This document shows positions 1 through 9,822 of a stretch of 64,000 nt of DNA, one piece after another. Location: contig CAVSSM010000002.1 of the NCBI GenBank assembly GCA_963730605.1, positions 288,001 to 352,000 of the forward strand. The letters run 5' to 3'. The notes under the pieces are model-generated. The model did not search any database. It saw only the letters and a program-made list of their open reading frames with translations, and had not been told where the DNA came from. This stretch comes from an uncultured Chlamydiae bacterium. Its GTDB lineage: Bacteria; Chlamydiota; Chlamydiia; Chlamydiales; SM23-39. Position numbers and translations under genes: made by a program. The number at the start of each line of letters is the position of its first letter. The stretch's first letter is position 1.

Positions 1-506
1 CCCTTGAGGATCGTCCCATCGACCGGAACGAGATCTCCGGAGCGGACGATCAAAATGTCCCCTACCCGGATTTGCCCAATCTCGATCTTCTCGATATGGC
101 CATCCGTTTTACGGAATGCCTCTCGTGGGGCCCTAGCGATGAGAGCCTCTAAGGAAGAGGTCGCTCTTCTTAAGCCGAAATCTTCGATCGCCTCTCCCCC
201 AGATTGCATCAATACCACAACGGCTCCGGCAAACGCCTGGTCCATCAAGATCGCCGTGACAATCGCGAGCATGGCGACGATGTCGGTGGCGAAATGGCCC
301 TTCAGCATCCCCAGAGATGTCTTGTAGACGATCGGAACTGCGCCGAGGATCAAAGTCGCAAACCAAATCCAATGGCTAATCGCTGGGTCGGCCACACTGA
401 ATTTGCAGACGATTCCTAGGATAAGTCCAAAGACTGCGAAAAGAGGAATCGGATAATGACGAGAGAACGTCCAAATTTTATGCAGTGCCGAAGAAGCCGT
501 CGCCAT
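1..506 (-). CDS. Heavy-metal-translocating P1B-type ATPase, N-terminal part (runs off the window start)
   Basis: Not in the ORF track because there is no stop in the window. Manual translation from ATG 506: MATASSALHKIW...FATDIVAMLAIVTAIL...GGEAIEDFGLRRATSSLEALIARAPR...VGDILIVRSGDLVPVDGTILKG, typical TM plus actuator-domain motifs. Confidence 0.85.
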   Translation of the reverse strand, partial: MATASSALHKIWTFSRHYPIPLFAVFGLILGIVCKFSVADPAISHWIWFATLILGAVPIVYKTSLGMLKGHFATDIVAMLAIVTAILMDQAFAGAVVVLMQSGGEAIEDFGLRRATSSLEALIARAPREAFRKTDGHIEKIEIGQIRVGDILIVRSGDLVPVDGTILK

Positions 507-535
507 TCCCTAGAATTAGCAAATCGAAAGATTAC

Positions 536-563
536 TTGAAAATTAAACCAACTTCAGTACAAT
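536..563 (+). promoter_or_regulatory. Candidate sigma70-type promoter
   Basis: TTGAAA (536-541), 16-nt spacer, TACAAT (558-563), about 20 nt upstream of ATG 583. Confidence 0.4.
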
Positions 564-582
564 GCATGCAGCTAGGTATGTA

Positions 583-1188
583 ATGGCCAGTTTTAGAGTC
601 CATGCTGTAACGGCCCTAGTGGCCAGTGTCGGCGCAGCAGCCTACACGGTAGCCTTGAACCACTTTCCTCTCTACTTGGGAGGGCTGCTATGCGCTCTAG
701 GCTTCATTGGGGGGTTGGCGCCAGATATCGATTCCGGGGAAACGAAAATGGCTCGCTACAGCGGCCTTGGATTGGGAGCTTCCCTCGCTCTTTTCGCGTA
801 CTTGCTATCACATAGTTATCTCATTGCCATTATCGGGTTCATTCCTTTGGTCAAGTTGATTCAAGTAGGGATCAAGAAATGGATGACCCATCGTGGTGTT
901 TTCCATTCCCTTCCCATGGGACTGCTTCTTTCCATTGTTGTTTTCTACCTTTTCGATTTCCTTGGATTTTCCCCTTTCTTTTCCCTTTTTTGCGGGGGAT
1001 TTCTCGGGGGAGGATATTTGCTCCATCTCGTGTTGGATGAAATATGGAGCTTGAGGAAAGGAATCAGCAAACAATGTTCTTTTGGCACAGCCCTCCAGCT
1101 TTATCGACCCATCTTTTGGAAATCGTTTCTCGCCACCTATGCCTTACTTGGATTTGCCATTTACAAATTGCCGTTTTCCTGGTTCTAA
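583..1188 (+). CDS. Membrane-bound metal-dependent hydrolase (YdjM-like)
   Basis: Motifs H...PDID...HRGVFHS...HLVLD in a very hydrophobic protein. Start taken at MASFRVH (583). Confidence 0.8.
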   Translation: MASFRVHAVTALVASVGAAAYTVALNHFPLYLGGLLCALGFIGGLAPDIDSGETKMARYSGLGLGASLALFAYLLSHSYLIAIIGFIPLVKLIQVGIKKWMTHRGVFHSLPMGLLLSIVVFYLFDFLGFSPFFSLFCGGFLGGGYLLHLVLDEIWSLRKGISKQCSFGTALQLYRPIFWKSFLATYALLGFAIYKLPFSWF

Positions 1189-1200
1189 AAATTTAGGTCT

Positions 1201-2066
1201 CTACTTCTTCCCTCTCGGAACCCGAATCCAGTCCTTCAGGACAATCTGATTCGTCATCCAATCCCACCATGTGCCGAACCAGCTATCGGGCGTCGCGACG
1301 ATTTTGCCGGATTGCGGTTCAAGTAGGCTGCCCACCATGAAAATGTGGAATTGGCCGTAATGATGTGCTTGCACTTCGTAAGTAAATAGAAATCGTGGTA
1401 GTGTTTGGTGTTTTCGATGAAGATGAGGTTCGGCGCGATGTGGGCAAGGTTCTCCTTGCACCAATCGATCCTGTCGGAGCAGACGACAAATAGCGCTTCC
1501 TTGGGAAATAGCTTGACGGCGTTTTCGTAGTATTCGACCCCTGTAAAACAATGGACTTCGTCAATTGTCGGAAGGTGTCTGTAATCTTTCAAATACGTTC
1601 GGACGTGAAGGCCGACCGAGCAGGGATGGGATAGAATTTCTGGGTAGGTCGCGGCGAGATAGTCGAGAATCTCCTGCGTGGGTGAGAAGGCATCAATAAC
1701 GGCATCCTTATGGTGGGCGAAAAACTTCTCCGATTGGAAATAACCCTGGATTTTCACGTTTTTGAATTCGGGAATGGGGATCGTGCCATTGTCTGCGAAA
1801 AAAACCTCGACCGGCTCGGGGGGATTGTTGGGGTTCAGCCTGGAAAAGAAATGGATCCGGTTGAGGGGCATGTTCCACCAACCACACTCGCTTAAGGAGG
1901 GAAAGTAGGCGTCTAAATCATGATCGAGCGCGTAAGCGATCGTGGCGGCGGCCTGGAACATTTGATTCCCAAGCTCGTATTGCAGATGTCCTACGACGAA
2001 AGGCTTCGCTCCAAGGGCGCTGCAAAAGAGGGAGAGTCCAAAGAAGATCCGACGACAATGCCTCAT
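1201..2066 (-). CDS. Alpha-1,2-fucosyltransferase-like protein (GT11), with a 1-nt frameshift near the C-terminus
   Basis: LGNQMFQ, GYFQSEKFF, GLHVR, SDRIDWC, NSTFSWWAAYL. The expected tail KIVATPDSWF...DWIRV continues in the frame of ORF 1201..1551 after about 1308. Confidence 0.85.
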
Positions 2067-2104
2067 TTGAAAATCCTAAAAAACCGAGCAAGGATAAAAT
2101 AGAA

Positions 2105-3217
2105 TCACATATTTTTAAAGTGGCGGGCGTAGGCGCTCAGCACACGATAAAGATAAGCGAGCGCCTGTTCATCGGTTAGGGTCGAAACTCCAAACCGATA
2201 GCTCCTTTCGGCGATCGCTTTCGCTTCCCTGTCATTTGCCTTGGCCCAAAGGATCTTTTCCACAAGATCGGCGCTATCGGGGCGGATCTGGATGAAATGC
2301 TCATCGGGCTTTAACGCATCGTAGAACCATTCGATCCGATTCGATTGCGTCTTGAAAATCAGGCTGTGCGTCGTCAGCTCCCATTCAAAACTGGAAGGGG
2401 ATGCGGCGCCGTCGAGCGTTAGGAGATACTTATATGCGGTTTGCTCGCTCGGCAAAGACGCCGCGGCAAGAAGGCGTAACGAGGAGAGCCAATGAGTGTA
2501 ATATTCATTGAGATCGGGGCTCGGGACGAGGTAGGCGTCGATCAGGTCGGGATGGCGGCTCGCGCGGAGGGCGAGTTGGGCGCGGGGACGGAAATCCCAG
2601 TCGAAAAATCCATAGGGGCCATCGGTCGCCCTGCCGCGATAAAAGGCCTTCCCGATTTTTGTTTCCCAAGGGGAGAAGAGCCGCTGAAGCGTCTCTTCGC
2701 GGTCTGGATTCCAAAGTCGCGGAATGAGAATCGCTTTGGAATTATGCCGCTCTTTACTCACGGCAAAGACGGGGATAGTCGTTTGATTGAGGAGAAGGGG
2801 TCGGTTGAATGATGGCGCAACCGTGAGAAGAAATAGGAGTTGGGGAAGTCTTGCCGCCCTATCGAGCGCCTCGAGAGCGGAGATAAAACCGCCGAGAGAG
2901 GCTGTTTCTTTCGGCGTGAGGGGAAAAAGCGGCTCTATCTCCGCTCGGCCGTTTTCGAAGAGAATCCGAACGAGGCCCGCTTTCTCGATGCCCTGCATCC
3001 CTTTGAGTTTTTCCAGACAGGCGGCGATGTCGGAAGAGGAAAACCCGTTTTTGAAGAATAGGAAATCGGCCTCGATCCTCTTTTCCATCCAAACAGGCAA
3101 AGCTTTTTCGAGATTCCTTGCCAAATATCCAGGGGTTAGGTTCCAGGAAAACATTGTGGACTGAAAGAGAAAAACAAACAAAATAGTCCTTTTTGTAAAA
3201 TGGCGAGCTTGCACCAT
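2105..3217 (-). CDS. Glycosyltransferase family 90 (CAP10-like) protein
   Basis: PWETKIGKAFYRG, YKYLLTLDG, EWFYDALKPDEHFI, KILWAKANDREAKAIA. Confidence 0.8.
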   Translation of the reverse strand: MVQARHFTKRTILFVFLFQSTMFSWNLTPGYLARNLEKALPVWMEKRIEADFLFFKNGFSSSDIAACLEKLKGMQGIEKAGLVRILFENGRAEIEPLFPLTPKETASLGGFISALEALDRAARLPQLLFLLTVAPSFNRPLLLNQTTIPVFAVSKERHNSKAILIPRLWNPDREETLQRLFSPWETKIGKAFYRGRATDGPYGFFDWDFRPRAQLALRASRHPDLIDAYLVPSPDLNEYYTHWLSSLRLLAAASLPSEQTAYKYLLTLDGAASPSSFEWELTTHSLIFKTQSNRIEWFYDALKPDEHFIQIRPDSADLVEKILWAKANDREAKAIAERSYRFGVSTLTDEQALAYLYRVLSAYARHFKNM

Positions 3218-4342
3218 GGTATGCCTATGATTTTTTTCTGGTTTGCGTTGTTGAGTGCGATCAGATTAATCGCTTTTGAATTTTCTTGGGAAAAAATTCA
3301 TGAGAAGCTCAACCGGCCGCTTCCCGATTGGATGCGCCGGCAGATCGAGGAAGATTTGGAGCCGTTTGCCTCGCAAAAGATCGCAAGCGAGGCGATCGAG
3401 GAGACGATCCGCGACGTTTGTAAGATCCCATCCGGAAGCCAAGCGGGTTTTGTCCGCTACCAGATTCGAAATAACAAGATCTCGGTAACAAGCCCCACCG
3501 AGCGGCAAAGCGATGCGCGTATCGCCCATGTGGTCGAAGTGTTGGAAGACCTGGCCAAAGGACTTACGCTGCCCGACGTCGATTTTCTTGCGGCCCTTTG
3601 GGATTCCTATGACAATCCTATCTATCTCGAAAAAACCCGCTGTCCCGTGTTCACGATTTGCAAGCTGAAAAGAAACCGGCATGGCGTGCTGATCCCTGAG
3701 TTTCGGAATTTTTCCTACCGGCAGCGGCTAGCCGCGGACATCCATTGGCATAGCGAGCGCTCGCCTTGGAATGAAAAGATCCCCAAGGCGTTTTGGCGCG
3801 GCATGACGTCGGGTTGGAACTACACCTTCTACGAATGGGACATGAGGCCCCGTTCCCGCCTCGTTCTGCTCTCGCAGGCGCGCCCCGATCTTCTTGATGC
3901 GGCCTTCACTTCTCCCTTTTCTCTCGATGAATCGGTGAAAAACATTATGGAGCGCTACCGGATGTTCCAGCCTTGGAAGTATCCGGTCGAATTCGTGAAC
4001 TATAAATATTTGGTCTCGATCGACGGCAATACCTTCGCGTCGAACCTCTGGTGGCAGCTTCTCTCGAATTCGGCCGTCATGAAAAACGACTCGGAGTATC
4101 TGGAGTGGTTTTACAAAGGGATCGAACCCTTTGTGCATTATTTGCCCTACGCCTTAGACCTCTCCGATTTTGTAGAGAAAGTCGGTTGGCTCCTCACCCA
4201 TGACAGGGAAGGAAGGCAAATCGCGGACCGCGGGCGCGAGTTTGCCTTGGAGCATTTGAGCAATGAGTCACTCGTCGTCTATTTCTACCGGTTGCTGGAG
4301 GCGTATGCGGCCCTGCAGAAAGGCGGAAAGCCGCATTTTTAG
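3200..4342 (+). CDS. Glycosyltransferase family 90 (CAP10-like) protein
   Basis: LPDVDF, PWNEKIPKAFWRG, YKYLVSIDGN, YLEWFYKGIEPFVHY. The true start may be 3218 or 3227. Confidence 0.85.
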   Translation: MASLHHGMPMIFFWFALLSAIRLIAFEFSWEKIHEKLNRPLPDWMRRQIEEDLEPFASQKIASEAIEETIRDVCKIPSGSQAGFVRYQIRNNKISVTSPTERQSDARIAHVVEVLEDLAKGLTLPDVDFLAALWDSYDNPIYLEKTRCPVFTICKLKRNRHGVLIPEFRNFSYRQRLAADIHWHSERSPWNEKIPKAFWRGMTSGWNYTFYEWDMRPRSRLVLLSQARPDLLDAAFTSPFSLDESVKNIMERYRMFQPWKYPVEFVNYKYLVSIDGNTFASNLWWQLLSNSAVMKNDSEYLEWFYKGIEPFVHYLPYALDLSDFVEKVGWLLTHDREGRQIADRGREFALEHLSNESLVVYFYRLLEAYAALQKGGKPHF

Positions 4343-4374
4343 AGGATGCGCCAAAAAATATTAGTGGGATAGGT

Positions 4375-4677
4375 TCAAGCTTTCTTCAGGTGCTTGCCGA
4401 TCGCTCCGGCCATCTTTAGCATATCGATCGGCCTTTTGCCGAGCACTTCGGAGAGCTTCGCGTCTGGATTGATCATTCTTCTATTTTTCGTATCTTGTAA
4501 TTTTCTCGCCTTGATATACACCCAGATTTTTTTCACGACCTGGGGGCGGGTCGCTTTTTTAGTGCCTACGACCTCCGCAAGCTCGGGAGAGAGATGATAC
4601 TGGAGTTGAGTCAGTCCCGATGATTTTCTTTTTGTTCTTTTTGTTTTCGCTTTCGCTCTTCTTTTTTTGATGGCCAT
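4375..4677 (-). CDS. SWIB/MDM2-domain protein with a basic N-terminal tail
   Basis: LSPELAEVVG...RPQVVKKIWVYIKARKLQD..NRRMINPDAKLSEVLG is the SWIB signature. Start at MAIKKRR (4677). Confidence 0.9.
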   Translation of the reverse strand: MAIKKRRAKAKTKRTKRKSSGLTQLQYHLSPELAEVVGTKKATRPQVVKKIWVYIKARKLQDTKNRRMINPDAKLSEVLGKRPIDMLKMAGAIGKHLKKA

Positions 4678-4737
4678 ATGAATTCTTCCTTTTTTCTTGC
4701 GCTCTCGAGCTTTCTCGGCACGCATCCATTCAACACT

Positions 4738-4938
4738 TTTATGTATAAATTTTTTGAAATGAATGCAAGAAGATATACTGCGACCGTTCAAAAAGAGTGA
4801 AAAATGCCACTGCGGAATCACAAAAAATGTCTGGGAGACATTTTTTGTGCGAAGCAGCGCCCTGAATTTGAGCCAGGCGAAGCTGGCGTCGAAGCAGCTA
4901 AACTTGAAAAGTTTAGCGCCGGGGTCCCCGAAGACGCA
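4738..4938. repeat. 201-bp direct repeat, left copy (target-site duplication of IS1634)
   Basis: Same sequence as 6766..6966 (tttatgtataaa...ccccgaagacgca); directly abuts the left TIR. Confidence 0.95.
4810..4857. repeat. Dispersed structured palindrome, copy A (duplicated at 6838..6885 by the IS)
   Basis: ctgc-ggaat-cacaaaaaatgtct-ggg-agacattttttgtg-cgaa-gcag. Confidence 0.8.
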
Positions 4939-6765
4939 CCTGACTTTGACACTTTGATCACCTAAAAACACATAAGAATTTGATTCTCAATATCTATCGA
5001 AAAAATATGTTGTGCCTAAATAATTTTATTTTCATAAATATAATTTTGTAGTACATTGTTGTGCCATGTATGTAAGACTCAAGTCGTCAAAGAGCTCAAG
5101 GCACTCTACTCTCCAGATTGTTGAAGGCATTCGGGAGGGGAAAAAAGTTAGGCAGCGAGTAGTTGCATCTCTCGGCATTGTCAACGATCAAAAAAACCTG
5201 AAGAACCTTTTGAAGTTGGCTGAGAGTTTAATTCGGAAAATCGAAAAGCAGGGGCTCTCTGTCGCTCCTAAAGTTGAGATCAGCAAGCTCTTTCATACCA
5301 TGACGGTTTACGATGGGTTCGGGACTGTCGTTAGCAGACTGATGCAGCTGACAGGGTTTTCCAAGATCCTTCGAGAAGCTCAGGGGAAAAACGAGTTCGA
5401 TCTCGAAGAGACAATCAAACTGATGATCACCCAACGTCTCGATTTACCCAGCAGTAAACTACGAACATACGAGCGTCAAGTGGACCATGGTTTCGAGGGG
5501 ATCGATTTGCATCATCTCTATCGGGCAATGGACACGATCGAGCCATTGAATGGTCAGATTCAAGAACAGGCATTTAAATCTGCTTGTTCCATAAATAGTT
5601 GCCAAGTTGATTGCTTTTTCTTCGATGTAACAACACTGTATTTCGAGAGTATAACGCAAGATGAACTCAAGGATTTTGGCTTTAGCAAAGATCAAAAACA
5701 TCACAACGTACAGATCGTTTTGGCTCTCGTTGTTGATCAAGAGGGACTGCCACTTGCTTACGATACCTTCAAGGGCAATCTAGCAGAGACAAAAACACTC
5801 ATCCCCGTACTCGAGTCGCTGAGGAGTCGTTTCTCTGTTCAGAACGTGACTGTGGTTTGCGATAGAGGGCTGGCAAGTAGTGCAAACGTCCAAGCTCTCC
5901 GAGCTGCTCAGTTTCATTACGTCATTGCTACAAAACTCCGTTCCATCTCGAAAAAACTCAAAATCAATGACCTATCAGCTTATGTCCCTCTGCCCAACCA
6001 AGACGGCATCCCGGAGGCTGAGCGAGTTTTAGTTCGCACTATGGAGCATCCCCAGTATGAGGATGCCCTACTGATTGCAACGTACAGTCCAAGCAGAGCA
6101 ACAAAGGACAAACAGGACCGAGAACGGCTATTGCAAAAACTGCACAATAAAATAACCGATTCTCCAAACGAAGCCTCCCTTAAAAAAGTGATCAGTAATG
6201 CAGGTTATAAAAAATATACTACCGTTAAAACTGGTTCGTCGATCTCTCTCAATCAAGCAGCGATAGATGCCGATGCTGCCTGGGATGGTTTTCATGGGAT
6301 TGCAGTTTCGAATAGTGCAAAGTTGAATACGACAGAAGCGCTGGGGCGCTACCGAGACCTCTGGCATGTTGAAGAGACATTTCGCGTGGCTAAATCCACT
6401 CTTAAAACCAGACCTATTTTTCATTGGGCACCACACAGAATCCAAGCCCACATCCTCCTCTGTTTTATTACCCTATTTTTCGAGAGATTTTTGGAGGTTC
6501 TCCTACGACAGAAAAGCACGCCGCTTACGCCGGATAGAATCAGGTACTCTCTCTCAAAAGTTCATACGATGTATTTCAAAGACTCAACCACAGACAAACA
6601 AGGAAAAATGGAATCCAGTCTCCCTGAGGATGCTGAGAATATTTTCGTAGCATTGGGAATTTCAGCAGAACGCACAACCGGAATGAACAACGGATGTTGT
6701 GCCTAAATTTTCGTTCTTATCTATTTGTAATCTAATGACTTATCCTAACAAGTGTCAAAGTCAGG
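4939..6765 (+). mobile_element. IS1634-family insertion sequence (1827 bp)
   Basis: 16-bp perfect TIR cctgactttgacactt / aagtgtcaaagtcagg, one transposase ORF, and long flanking direct repeats. Confidence 0.92.
5066..6706 (+). CDS. IS1634-family DDE transposase
   Basis: FFDVTTLYFE, GFSKD, VVCDRG, YRDLWHVEETFRVAKSTLKTRPIFHW...RIQAHILLCF. Confidence 0.92.
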   Translation: MYVRLKSSKSSRHSTLQIVEGIREGKKVRQRVVASLGIVNDQKNLKNLLKLAESLIRKIEKQGLSVAPKVEISKLFHTMTVYDGFGTVVSRLMQLTGFSKILREAQGKNEFDLEETIKLMITQRLDLPSSKLRTYERQVDHGFEGIDLHHLYRAMDTIEPLNGQIQEQAFKSACSINSCQVDCFFFDVTTLYFESITQDELKDFGFSKDQKHHNVQIVLALVVDQEGLPLAYDTFKGNLAETKTLIPVLESLRSRFSVQNVTVVCDRGLASSANVQALRAAQFHYVIATKLRSISKKLKINDLSAYVPLPNQDGIPEAERVLVRTMEHPQYEDALLIATYSPSRATKDKQDRERLLQKLHNKITDSPNEASLKKVISNAGYKKYTTVKTGSSISLNQAAIDADAAWDGFHGIAVSNSAKLNTTEALGRYRDLWHVEETFRVAKSTLKTRPIFHWAPHRIQAHILLCFITLFFERFLEVLLRQKSTPLTPDRIRYSLSKVHTMYFKDSTTDKQGKMESSLPEDAENIFVALGISAERTTGMNNGCCA

Positions 6766-6966
6766 TTTATGTATAAATTTTTTGAAATGAATGCAAGAAG
6801 ATATACTGCGACCGTTCAAAAAGAGTGAAAAATGCCACTGCGGAATCACAAAAAATGTCTGGGAGACATTTTTTGTGCGAAGCAGCGCCCTGAATTTGAG
6901 CCAGGCGAAGCTGGCGTCGAAGCAGCTAAACTTGAAAAGTTTAGCGCCGGGGTCCCCGAAGACGCA
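6766..6966. repeat. 201-bp direct repeat, right copy
   Basis: Same sequence as 4738..4938; starts immediately after the right TIR. Confidence 0.95.
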
Positions 6967-7045
6967 TCGTCTTTGGGGTGGGGTGCAGACGGGTCTCAAA
7001 TTCAGTGGCTGTCCGAGGGTCCCCAAAGATGCATCATCTTTGGGG
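6954..7045. repeat. Two related hairpins ccccRaagaYg-cat-cRtctttgggg
   Basis: 6954..6978 ccccgaagacg-cat-cgtctttgggg and 7021..7045 ccccaaagatg-cat-catctttgggg (compensatory CG/TA change). A related hairpin lies at 60543..60563. Confidence 0.75.
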
Positions 7046-7089
7046 TAGGGCGCCGGCAGATTCACACTTTTTGAGCGGGAGTAGTATAT

Positions 7090-7965
7090 TTAGGAAAAAT
7101 CTTCGGCGGCGATTTGGCAAAGGTATTTGCCGTACTCGCTGTTGGAGTATCGGCTAGCCATTGCGAGAAGCTCCCCTTTGCCGATGTAGCCTTTCCGATA
7201 GGCGATCTCCTCTATGCAGGAGATCTTGATTCCTTGCCTGTCTTGGATGGCTTGGACAAAGAGGGAGGCATGTTGGAAAGAATCGAAAGTGCCTGTGTCG
7301 AGCCAGGCATAGCCTCTGCCGAGCAGCCGCACGGTTAGCTGCTTTTTTTGGAGATAGATCCTATTGACGTCGGTAATCTCCACTTCTCCGCGTGGGCTTG
7401 GCTTCAAAGAGCGGGCGATCTCTACGACCTCCGGGCCATAGAAATAAAGGCCCGGCACGGCGTAGGGAGATTTGGGGGCCGCTGGCTTTTCTTCAATGTC
7501 GATCGCCCGCATTTCCTTGTCGAATTGGACGACCCCATACCGATTTGGGTCTTTGACCCGGTATCCGAAAATCAGCCCTCCGGATGTCAGGTGAGCGCAT
7601 TCTCGAAGGAATTTCTCGAAATCGTGCCCGTAAAACAAGTTATCGCCAAGAATGAGGCAGACAGGACTTGTTTGGATAAATGACGCTCCGACGATAAAGG
7701 CCTGGGCCAAACCGCCCGGATGCTGCTGGACGGCATAAGAAAAACGGAGGCCGAGGTCCGATCCGTCTCCAAAAAGCTTTTCGAAACAGGGCGTATCGAC
7801 AGGTGTGGAAATGATCAAAATCTCCCGGATTCCGGCCATCATGAGAACGGAGAGCGGGTAATAGATCATCGGCTTGTCGTAAATGGGAAGAAGCTGCTTG
7901 CAGACCGCCAGAGTGACAGGATAGAGCCGGGTGCCGCTGCCGCCCGCCAAGATGATCCCCTTCAT
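7090..7965 (-). CDS. rfbA: Glucose-1-phosphate thymidylyltransferase
   Basis: MKGIILAGGSGTRLYPVT, KQLLPIYDKPMIYYPL, LILGDN, GRGYAWLDTGT. Confidence 0.97.
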   Translation of the reverse strand: MKGIILAGGSGTRLYPVTLAVCKQLLPIYDKPMIYYPLSVLMMAGIREILIISTPVDTPCFEKLFGDGSDLGLRFSYAVQQHPGGLAQAFIVGASFIQTSPVCLILGDNLFYGHDFEKFLRECAHLTSGGLIFGYRVKDPNRYGVVQFDKEMRAIDIEEKPAAPKSPYAVPGLYFYGPEVVEIARSLKPSPRGEVEITDVNRIYLQKKQLTVRLLGRGYAWLDTGTFDSFQHASLFVQAIQDRQGIKISCIEEIAYRKGYIGKGELLAMASRYSNSEYGKYLCQIAAEDFS

Positions 7966-7972
7966 CCCTGTG

Positions 7973-9342
7973 CTATTTTGGGATAGTGAATGTACACCCT
8001 TCTGCGATGAGTTGATCGATGTAGTTGATGGTGTATTCATGAGTCAAAAACCGCTTGTCTTCAAGCATGTATTGATGAAATGGAATCGTGGAATGGACCC
8101 CTGCAATATGGAACTCCCGAAGAGCCCGTTTCGCATGGGCGATGGCTTCATAGCGGGTCTTCCCCTTTACGATCAGTTTAGCGATCATCGAATCGTAATT
8201 GGGAGGAATCCGGTAGCCGCTATAGCATGCGCTATCGATGCGGACGTGCGGTCCTCCCGGAGGGATATAATGTTCAAGCTGTCCAGGAGAAGGGGCGAAA
8301 TTGCGGGCCGGATTTTCGGCGTTGATCCGAAATTCGAAGACATGGCCGTTGAACTCGATCTCTTTTTGCTTGAACGGGAGTTTTTCTCCCCGGGCGATCC
8401 GGATTTGCTGCTGGACGAGGTCGATGCCTGTGAGTTCTTCGGTGATCGTATGCTCGACTTGAATCCGGGTATTGACTTCCATGAAATAGAAATTACCCTT
8501 TTCATCGAGAAGAAATTCGACGGTCCCTGCAGAATGGTATTTAGCGGCGCGGACGATGTCGATCGCGCATGTCTCCGATTTTTTTGCGCATCGAATCGTC
8601 GACTTTGGGGCTCGGGGCCTCTTCGATGAGTTTTTGGCGACGGCGCTGGATTGTGCAATCCCTCTCCCCCAGATAGACATAATTGCCCATGTTTATCGCC
8701 AAGAACTTGCACCTCGACATGGCGAGGGTTGACGATCATCTTTTCAAGATAGACGTCGGGATTGTGGAAACTCGCCTCGGCTTCCGTGCGGGCCGCGATA
8801 AATTTTTTTACAAAGTCTTCTTCGCTATAGGCAATCCGGATCCCTTTTCCCCCGCCGCCGGCCACAGCCTTGATGAAGATCGGGAAGCCGAATTTGCGCG
8901 CCTCCTTGAGGCCTGTCTCGACATCGGAGACAATGCCCTCGGATCCCGGAATGATCGGGACATTTCACGCTTCTTGCCGTCGCTTTCGCCTCCGCTTTAT
9001 CGCCGAGGAGCGCGATGGCTTTAGAGGGAGGGCCGATGAAATTCAGGCCGCAGCTTTCGCAGATCGAGGCGAAGTTGGCGTTTTCGCTCAAAAAGCCATA
9101 GCCGGGGTGGACGGCATCGGCGCCGGTGATCTCGCAAGCTGCGATGAGATTGCGATACTTTCAGGTACGATTTTGCAGAAGGGGCTTCCCCGATGCAGAT
9201 CGCCTCATCCGCATGATGGACATGCAGCGCTTCGGCATCGGCTTCAGAATAGACAGCCACGGTCTGCAAGGCCGAGATCGTGGCATGCGCGGATGATCCG
9301 GACGGCGATCTCTCCTCGATTGGCGATGAGTACTTTTTGCAT
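7973..9342 (-). CDS. accC: Acetyl-CoA carboxylase biotin carboxylase subunit (several frameshifts, probably sequence errors)
   Basis: [20 protein letters not shown] at 9342. [29 protein letters not shown] and [10 protein letters not shown] are spread over successive frames. Confidence 0.93.
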
Positions 9343-9349
9343 GAGAGTG

Positions 9350-9821
9350 TTACTGTTTGATCCGCAAAAGGCGGGTTCCGAATTCGACAGGCTGGGCGTT
9401 GTCGGCCAGCATTTCGGCCACAGTGCCGCTCAGCCGGCTTTGACTTCGTTCATGACTTTCATCGCCTCGATGATGCAGACGACCGTCTTTTCATCGACCT
9501 TATCGCCCACTTTGACAAAAGCGGGCTGGTCAGGCGCTGCGGAGTGTATAAAAAGTGCCGACCATGGGAGAGGTGACAAAAGTGCCGCTTCAACCTGCGG
9601 CTCTTGGCGAGAAAGACCTCCCCTCTCTCCATGCAAAGCGACATCGGATTGAAACGCCCCTTCGGAAGCGATTTCACCCTGCAGCGCCCTCGAAACGGGA
9701 ACTCTTCTTACCTCCGACTCCTTTTCGAGTTGAATCTCCAAATCCCCTTTCTTAAAAATGAGCTTGGTGAGTTTGCTTTCTTCCAGATAGCCATCAATTC
9801 CTTAATCTGCTCGATTTCCAT
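9350..9821 (-). CDS. accB: Biotin carboxyl carrier protein (frameshifted)
   Basis: FVKVGDKV...[15 protein letters not shown] biotinylation motif; start [10 protein letters not shown]; directly upstream of accC. Confidence 0.9.
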
Positions 9822-9822
9822 G

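Noticed and set aside
4678..4971. N-terminal extension of the SWIB ORF, and the twin ORFs at 4763..4957, 6745..7065 and 6791..7048
   Set aside because: They run through the non-coding duplicated target and the IS ends. The identical peptides are a by-product of the 201-bp duplication.
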